The notes under the pieces were generated by a model that worked only from the letters and a program-made list of their open reading frames with translations, was not told the origin of the DNA and did no database searches. Both the position numbers and the translations under genes were made by a program. Below, in pieces: positions 57,703 through 64,000 of a stretch of 64,000 nucleotides of DNA (its first letter is position 1; each line of letters starts with the position of its first letter). This DNA comes from Candidatus Saccharimonadota bacterium (GTDB taxonomy: Bacteria > Patescibacteriota > Saccharimonadia > Saccharimonadales > JAXHNE01): positions 4,787 through 68,786 of the forward strand of contig JAXHNE010000002.1 in NCBI GenBank assembly GCA_034520885.1. The letters are read 5' to 3'.

Positions 57703-58753
57703 ATGGATAAAAAGGAACAAGACCTACGCGACGAGCTCGCCGACATTATGAAACAGCTGGAAGATCCGGCTATTTTCAGCACGCCCGAGTATCCCAAAAT
57801 GCCGCCAAAAAAAGATAGAAGACATACTCGCGCTTTACGATGAACTGGCAAAGAGCAAAGAGCAAAGAGCAAAGAGCAAAGAGCTTCTGGACTCTGACGA
57901 TGAAGAATTGGCCGAACTCGCCAAAAGCGAGATAGAAGATCTGGATTTGAAAATTGAAACCCTCGAACTTAAACTAACGGAGGCTTTGACTCCAAAGGAT
58001 CCCAACGACGAAAAAGATGCCATTATAGAAATTCGCGCCGCGGCCGGTGGCGATGAAGCCGCCCTGTTCGCCGGCGAGCTATACCGCATGTACGCCCGTT
58101 GGTGCGAAACGCACGGCTACAAAATAGAACTTATCAACGAAAGTCCCGCGGAAGTCGGCGGGTTCAAAGAAATCAGCTTTTTGGTGCGCGGCGAAGACAC
58201 CTATAAATTCTTTAAGTTCGAAGGCGGCGTACACCGCGTTCAGCGCGTGCCGGAAACCGAAAGCCAAGGCCGCGTGCACACCAGCACCGTGACCGTGGCG
58301 GTCATGCCCGAAGCCGAAGAAACCGACATTGAAATCGACCAAAACGACCTTCGCGTAGATGTCTACCGAGCCGGCGGCCACGGCGGGCAATCCGTAAATA
58401 CTACGGACTCCGCCGTACGCATCACCCACGTGCCAACGGGGGTCGTTGTTACCAACCAGGACGAAAAATCGCAAATCAAAAACAAGCTCAAAGCCATGAA
58501 CGTATTACGTTCCCGCCTGCTCCAGCACAAAATTGACGAAGAAAACGCCAAGCTATCAGCTGAACGCAAAAAGCTGGTCGGCAGCGGCGACCGCAGCGAG
58601 AAAATCCGCACCTACAACTTCCCGCAGGACCGCATTACCGATCACCGTATTGGCTACTCCCGCAGCAACATCCCCGGAGCTTTGGACGGCCAAATAGACG
58701 ACCTCATAGAAGAACTCCACAAAGCCGAACACGAACTAATGAGTAACGAGTAA
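57703..58753 (+). CDS. prfA: peptide chain release factor 1, reading frame broken by one extra base at an A7 run (57807-57813)
   Basis: Frame 1 (57703-57813) encodes MDKKEQDLRDELADIMKQLEDPAIFSTPEYPKMPPKK. Frame 2 continues IEDILALYDEL...PKDPND...GGHGGQSVNTTDSAVRITH... to 58753. Frame 1 stops at 57841. Confidence 0.85.
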
Positions 58754-58820
58754 ACTAGCTAAGGCGTAAGTTTATAGCCAATTTTATCGGCCACACCATG
58801 CACCCATTTGTCCAGACGCT

Positions 58821-59003
58821 CTAGTTGACGCCCCTCACCAGTCGCTCGTCGTCATCGAGCTCTAACTTCTTTTCGATGCTATCCAAACGATTTAATATCT
58901 TGCCTATGTCGTCTTTTGTCGCCATATTTTCCGTTTGCGCGTCGAGTTTTTCTTCCACGCGCGTCATGTATTTAAACAACTTAGTGAATTCATCTTGGCT
59001 CAT
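58821..59003 (-). CDS. small coiled-coil hypothetical protein
   Basis: 60-aa ORF in a low-GC insert between prfA and prmC. Confidence 0.4.
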   Translation of the reverse strand: MSQDEFTKLFKYMTRVEEKLDAQTENMATKDDIGKILNRLDSIEKKLELDDDERLVRGVN

Positions 59004-59120
59004 GGCTATAGTGTAGCATGAGCTATGTTCGCCTTAGGCGCAGTCAAATAACGATTTAATTAAGAACCCCACGAAGCCGAACACCAATTAATGTCAGACG
59101 ATAAACAAGTTCTTTAACTT

Positions 59121-59558
59121 CTACTGGATAGGCTGAACTTCAATCTCACCCATACTAGAAAGCTCACCCATTAACGAAGCCAGATTCTGCAGACTATCAC
59201 TATCTTCAAATGAATCTTCAGCATCTTGCTGGTTAGGCCCTCCTGGAAGCGGATAAGGATCTTCACCTTCTGAACCGACCCATAAGCCACGCTTCAATAA
59301 CGCGTTTAGCTCTTCGTTCTGATCATCAGTATCGACATGCCCTAAAATGCAAAAATTACCATGGATATCATTATTTATCTTAATAAATGATTGATTCTCA
59401 GGGTCTAGAAACTTAACGTGCGTAGAGAGTCCTTCGCTTTTTCTGTCCTGGACTAGAGAAGTTCCAGCGGCTGTCGAATGCATATCCTCCGCTAGGCCGT
59501 GAACCTCTCGAAGGTTTGTTTTGAGCTGTTCTGATCTACCCATAAACATTCCTTTCAC
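59121..59558 (-). CDS. acidic hypothetical protein
   Basis: 145-aa ORF in the same low-GC insert. Confidence 0.45.
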   Translation of the reverse strand: MKGMFMGRSEQLKTNLREVHGLAEDMHSTAAGTSLVQDRKSEGLSTHVKFLDPENQSFIKINNDIHGNFCILGHVDTDDQNEELNALLKRGLWVGSEGEDPYPLPGGPNQQDAEDSFEDSDSLQNLASLMGELSSMGEIEVQPIQ

Positions 59559-59637
59559 ATTTAATACTATGTTAATTTAGTATATTTGTACATAATTGTC
59601 AAGCATTTTTATGGGTTTTGTGGTATACTCACCTCTG

Positions 59638-60513
59638 ATGATTACCATTTCTAGGTGGATGGCTAAAAAAACTAAAGCGCTAGAGAGCGCCGGGATTTCC
59701 ACCGCTCGACTGGATTGTTTGGTGCTTTTAGAGGACGCGACCGGTAAAGATCGTTCATGGTTGCTGGCGCATCCGGAGCACGAGTTAGAAAGTTCAAAAG
59801 TTAAAAAGCTGAAAGAGCAAGTTCAGCGGCGGGCTAAGCATGAGCCGCTGGCCTATATTCGTGGGCGGAGTGCTTTTTATGGCCGGGAGTTTTTGGTGAA
59901 CGAACATACTTTGCAGCCCCGGCCGGAAACGGAAACGATGATCGACCACTTAAAATCACTGTACAAGGTTGAACCTTGTACAGAAGCTAAAAGCTCTGAG
60001 CGAAAAGCTCTGAGCATAGTAGATGTAGGGACTGGATCTGGTTGTATTGGGATTACCGCCAAGCTGGAGCTGCCGGATGCGGAAGTGTATGCCACGGACA
60101 TTTCCGAAGAATGCTTAAAAATAGCCCGAAAAAACGCCCGAAAACTAAAAGCCAATGTGGAGTTCCACAAAGCTAATCTCCTCCTCTCCCAAAAAAATAA
60201 TTCTCACTTTTTGAACGATCGTTCAAAAAGTGAGAATATTGTTTTGCTGGCTAATTTACCTTATGTTCCGGAAGGTTTCACTATAAACCAAGCCGCGATG
60301 TTCGAGCCGGACGTTGCCATATTCGGCGGTAAGGACGGATTGGATTACTACCGCGAGTTATTCGCCCAGATTGAAACGCTAAAAACTAAACCACATTTCA
60401 TTTTTACCGAAAGCCTACCAACGCAGCACAAAGACCTGACTGCAATCGCAGAAAAACACGGGTTTCGGCTTCATGAATGCCAGGATTTTATTCAAGTATT
60501 TATTAGGCGTTAG
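59638..60513 (+). CDS. prmC: release-factor glutamine methyltransferase PrmC/HemK
   Basis: EPLAYIRGRSAFYGREF, VDVGTGSGCIGI, and NLPYV in place of NPPY. ATG at 59638. The stop TAG (60511-60513) lies within the terminal motif of the downstream foldback element. Confidence 0.85.
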   Translation: MITISRWMAKKTKALESAGISTARLDCLVLLEDATGKDRSWLLAHPEHELESSKVKKLKEQVQRRAKHEPLAYIRGRSAFYGREFLVNEHTLQPRPETETMIDHLKSLYKVEPCTEAKSSERKALSIVDVGTGSGCIGITAKLELPDAEVYATDISEECLKIARKNARKLKANVEFHKANLLLSQKNNSHFLNDRSKSENIVLLANLPYVPEGFTINQAAMFEPDVAIFGGKDGLDYYRELFAQIETLKTKPHFIFTESLPTQHKDLTAIAEKHGFRLHECQDFIQVFIRR

Positions 60514-61393
60514 ATGCTAGACGTTAGAGGGTAGAGGGTAGAAGTTGGAAGTTGGAATTTGGAAGGTGGAAGATGGTAGGCGACTTCTTCGCAAAAGGTG
60601 AGAGTTAATAGATAAGGGTTAATAGATGATAGATGAAGGGTGGTAGATGGAAGATGGAAGATAGAAGATGGAAGATGGGGAAAATAATAAGTAAAACATA
60701 AATAGTAAGTTTCCGGGCTCTGCCTGAAACGATTGGACGGCGCCTCGGGTAAAAACCGACAAACAAGCTTCAAGCTTGTTTTTTATGTAGTTACAACTGC
60801 TCCGGAGCAGTTGTTCACTTGGCCTCCAGGCTCTGGAACAACCTGGACGGACGTTGTGGGAATCAGGCGCCCTTGGGTACGAGGACTGTCTGAGCAGAAA
60901 TGGTGCCTGGCGGCACCATTTCTGTGAGTTTCACAGTAAGCCTGATTGTGACAACGGCCGTAGCTGTTGTTTCAGCCGCCTGTCGGCTTTTGTTGCAATC
61001 TTTTGCCGACTCAAAAGATTGCTGACGGGGAGCTGGTCAGTCAGCTTCGCTATTGGCGGAACAAGATAGTGGGTCGGGAAAGCAAAAGCGAAGCTTTGCG
61101 CCGAAAAAACATACTTTGGGGCACTTTTTGGCCATGCAAAAAGTGCCTGGTGGTGAAGCTGACCAGACAGCTTCTATTAGTAGTTACCTACTACTTTGAT
61201 TGTATAGTTATGGCCGTATCGCCCTTGTTAAAACGTAATAATACTAGTATTAACTCTAGTATTAATACTAGTATTATTTTTACTAACTATGAGGTGCTAT
61301 CTTCCATATCCTAAATTCCATCTTCCAAGCACTATCTTCTAGCCCCTGTCTTCAATCTTCAATCCCCAATCTTCATTCCGTAACAACTATGAA
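60509..61393. mobile_element. complete foldback-family element: two inverted heptamer-word arms, structured core, 42-bp AT palindrome
   Basis: Left arm 60509-60700 (C-poor), core 60712-61176, palindrome 61237-61278, right arm 61285-61393 (G-poor, the reverse complement of arm-type sequence also seen at 53300-53440). It fills the whole prmC-htrA convergent spacer. Confidence 0.75.
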
Positions 61394-62566
61394 CTAACTA
61401 CTGGGTGCAGCTTCCAAAGTGGCGGTCAGATCGATTTCCTCGCCGCCGCGAATTACTTTCATAGTGATTTCGTCGCCTACTTGATTGCGTCCGACCAACG
61501 TTACCAATGAGTTTTCTTCGTTCACCGGCTCCCCGTTGACTTCCACGATAATGTCTTCTTCTTGTAGTCCCGCCTGCTCGGCCGGGCTGTCCGCGGCAAT
61601 GCCCGGTTGGCCGGTGGAGCCGGTAGTGATATACGCCCCGGACTCTTGTTCTATATCAAGCTCCCGGGCGATTTCCGCGTTCAGTTGAATATAGCGAACG
61701 CCGAGATATGCCCGCTGAAACTCGCCCGTTTCCAGCACACTGTTTATTAATCCTTTTATGTCGTCGATCGGGATGGCAAAGCCGATGTTTTCCGCCCCGC
61801 CACTGGCCACCGCGGTGTTCACGCCGATGACCTTGCCTTCGCCGTTAACAAGCGGGCCGCCGGAATTTCCCTGATTAATCGCCGCGTCCGTTTGAAACAG
61901 GTTTTGCAGCGTGTCCGACCCCGATTGGTCGCGCGCGGTAATACTGCGGCCGAAGCCGGAAATAATCCCGCTGGTCACGGTGTTTTGGAATTGCCCGAGC
62001 GCGTTGCCGATAGCTATCACGCGCTCCCCGACCTTCGTATCACTGGAATTTCCCAGAGTAACCGGGGTGAGATCATTTCCTTCGTCATCATTGATCTTCA
62101 AAAAGGCAATGTCCAAAGGATCACTGCTGGCCGTCCGCCCTAAGACTTCCACGTTCTCCAGTTCCGTACCGTCGGAGAGCGTGACGCTCACTTCACTCGC
62201 CCCTTCGGGCACCACGTGCCGGTTGGTCAGCACGATACCGTCCCGGCTCAAGATAAAGCCGGTGCCCGCACTCTCCTGGGTGAACGGCTCTGACGGTCCG
62301 AAAAAGGAACGCGCGCTGGCTTCACTTTCCACGTTCACCGACACCACCGAAGCGCCGACGTCTTCGGCGATTCCGATGATGAGTTCGCTTTGCGCATCAA
62401 TAGTTCGCTGCTGAGCTATATTGATATCCTCCTGGTGTTGTTGGCTCTGCGCACCGAACCAACCCCCCAGAAAACCGGCCGATATGCTGGCCAACGCGCA
62501 CAGCACCACGAGCGCCAGCTTGCTTCGTTTCGGTGAATTATTGGATTTGGCCGTCTGCTTGGCCAT
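61394..62566 (-). CDS. htrA: HtrA/DegP-family serine protease with PDZ domain
   Basis: GTGFILSRDGIVLTNRHVV and GNSGGPLVN, followed by a PDZ domain; N-terminal TM. Confidence 0.92.
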   Translation of the reverse strand: MAKQTAKSNNSPKRSKLALVVLCALASISAGFLGGWFGAQSQQHQEDINIAQQRTIDAQSELIIGIAEDVGASVVSVNVESEASARSFFGPSEPFTQESAGTGFILSRDGIVLTNRHVVPEGASEVSVTLSDGTELENVEVLGRTASSDPLDIAFLKINDDEGNDLTPVTLGNSSDTKVGERVIAIGNALGQFQNTVTSGIISGFGRSITARDQSGSDTLQNLFQTDAAINQGNSGGPLVNGEGKVIGVNTAVASGGAENIGFAIPIDDIKGLINSVLETGEFQRAYLGVRYIQLNAEIARELDIEQESGAYITTGSTGQPGIAADSPAEQAGLQEEDIIVEVNGEPVNEENSLVTLVGRNQVGDEITMKVIRGGEEIDLTATLEAAPSS

Positions 62567-62588
62567 GCATGCCCCCTTTTTTTGCGCG

Positions 62589-63350
62589 CTAAATTGCTTG
62601 GTCTCCCCAATCGGAAAACACGATCACCACCACGGTAACTGCGATCATCAAAAACAGAATTTGCCGTTGAATGAGCGTGGAAAGTTTGTCTTTACGCTCC
62701 AGATAATACAGCGCGGCCAAGGAAAACCCTATACAAGTTAACAGTACCGCGATTTGGGCCACGACTTCCACGTAATACAGCGTCCAATGCCCGAGTACCC
62801 AGGTAAGGGCCGCGCAAAAATAGCCCCAGGAGTGCGCGTACAACGGTGCGTGGGCTTCGTCAAAGTTGGCCAAAAAATGCCGGGCGGAAAGATAGCCGAT
62901 GGCGCCGGCGGCCAGCACCAAAAGCGCGAGTGGAATCCCGTCGCCCAACAGAAACAGCACGATAAGCGAACTCGTCTGCGCCAGCAAAGCTTGCAGTGAC
63001 ACGTAAATCGGCGTGGAACGCGGCTTGAGGAGCAACAACCACAGGCCGTAAAGCACCGCGAGCAAAGCCTGCATACCCCCACTGGAAGTCTCCACCATGG
63101 CGCCGAGCGTCGACAGTCCCACCATCATGTCCACCGCGTTGGCCCGCAAATACGGCCACCAGTGGCGCGGGCGCACGGCAAAAACCCGCCACTTACCGAG
63201 CAACACGATCAGCAAGGCCACGGGAATTAAATCTATGCGCACCGTGATATACATCATCGTGGGCACGAAGGCCACGAAAAACAGGTGGACAAAGTAGGAA
63301 AACCCGCTTTTGGGCTTAATTTTGAAGGCGACGTTCTTCATTGGTACCAA
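62589..63350 (-). CDS. hypothetical multi-pass membrane protein
   Basis: 253-aa ORF with about 7 hydrophobic helices. Confidence 0.5.
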   Translation of the reverse strand: MVPMKNVAFKIKPKSGFSYFVHLFFVAFVPTMMYITVRIDLIPVALLIVLLGKWRVFAVRPRHWWPYLRANAVDMMVGLSTLGAMVETSSGGMQALLAVLYGLWLLLLKPRSTPIYVSLQALLAQTSSLIVLFLLGDGIPLALLVLAAGAIGYLSARHFLANFDEAHAPLYAHSWGYFCAALTWVLGHWTLYYVEVVAQIAVLLTCIGFSLAALYYLERKDKLSTLIQRQILFLMIAVTVVVIVFSDWGDQAI

Positions 63351-64000
63351 GTATTATAACAAAGTCGGCGTTGCCGGGATCGATGTCGTTACCGGGCAAA
63401 TTATTCACCGCACTCACCCCGAAACGATTTTCCAGGTACTTTTTGGTGTATTCTTTTTTGCCGCCCGTCATATCGACCACGATAGTGTTTTGCATGCCTT
63501 TGGTCGGGGCGTCGGCCACGGTACCGACGTTATAGCCGAAGGACTTAAGATGTTCGGCGGTTCTGCCGGCCAAACCGGTAACCAACGTTCCATTATAGAC
63601 GTCCACGCTGGCGTTTTCTTTTTCCAGGAAGCCATCACGCAGCGTGTTGCGTACGAAGTACCTAATGTCATCGAACTGAAGATTGCCGGCGGTCGGTATC
63701 ACTACCGATTCACCGCCAAAGTTTGCCGTGGTAACGAGCCGCTGTGGTTCGTCCGCCAACCCCACGGAGGCAATTTGGTCGCTGGGGACTTCCTGCATGA
63801 TTTCATACACCCGCATAATTTCCTCGGTCGTAAAATTAGTGGTTACGCTGTTGCCGAGATCACCCAACAATTCGTTGACTTTTACCGGATTACCGTACGT
63901 TCCCAAGCTAAAAACCCTGTCCTTAAGAGCAATCATCATAAGCCGCTGGCGCTTGGACCGTTCAAAATCAGAACCAATCGCACGGGTACGCGAATACATG
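63316..64000 (-). CDS. LytR-CpsA-Psr (LCP) family protein, N-terminus beyond the window edge
   Basis: The C-terminal part of an LCP domain (RTRAIGSDFERSKRQR) plus a LytR_C-like domain (VDVYNGTLVTGLAGRTAEHLKSFGYNV). The reading frame is open to position 64000. Confidence 0.75.
   Translation of the reverse strand, partial: MYSRTRAIGSDFERSKRQRLMMIALKDRVFSLGTYGNPVKVNELLGDLGNSVTTNFTTEEIMRVYEIMQEVPSDQIASVGLADEPQRLVTTANFGGESVVIPTAGNLQFDDIRYFVRNTLRDGFLEKENASVDVYNGTLVTGLAGRTAEHLKSFGYNVGTVADAPTKGMQNTIVVDMTGGKKEYTKKYLENRFGVSAVNNLPGNDIDPGNADFVIILGTNEERRLQN

Overview
This 64-kb chromosomal window has about 85% of its genes on the minus strand. It is dominated by housekeeping and translation genes: glyQS, recO, xseB/xseA, rpmA, pyrG, a ctp-M23-ftsX-ftsE cluster, prfB, secA, hpf, serS, rsmE, msrA, lysS, greA, proS, rseP, uppS, frr, tsf, rpsB, rpmE, prfA, prmC and htrA. 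Between them sit lower-GC hypothetical genes, many encoding single-TM anchored proteins. RF1 and RF2 are both present and TGA/TAG/TAA all close conserved genes, so the standard code applies. The gene style (orphan receiver domains, 23S-IVS/Avd-like four-helix-bundle genes, many anchored hypotheticals) suggests a small-genome monoderm or CPR (Saccharibacteria-like) bacterium, but this is inference only. I found no rRNA, tRNA, CRISPR array, transposase or integrase. The unusual content is non-coding. (1) A family of foldback, intervening-sequence-like elements is built from strand-asymmetric degenerate heptanucleotide 'word' repeats around AT-only palindromes. These elements split conserved operons (xseA|xseB, hpf|secA, tsf|frr, prmC|htrA), flank two four-helix-bundle genes, and sit in-frame inside coding sequences. 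(2) Two of these elements (plus a solo copy) carry a core of hairpin modules with compensatory stem changes. (3) A 191-bp tandem array has its own extended -10 promoter and terminator. It carries a hairpin motif (CGTAC-N5-GTACGGTGA) that recurs, in sense orientation, upstream of rpmA, pyrG, ftsE and msrA. Other notable points are a prfA split by a +1 frameshift at an A7 run, a heliorhodopsin-like 7-TM protein that seems to lack the Schiff-base lysine, an apparently circularly permuted M23 peptidase, and many -10-N6/7-ATG (leaderless-type) gene starts. All similarity, identity and structure statements come from reading the sequence by eye; nothing was computed or searched.
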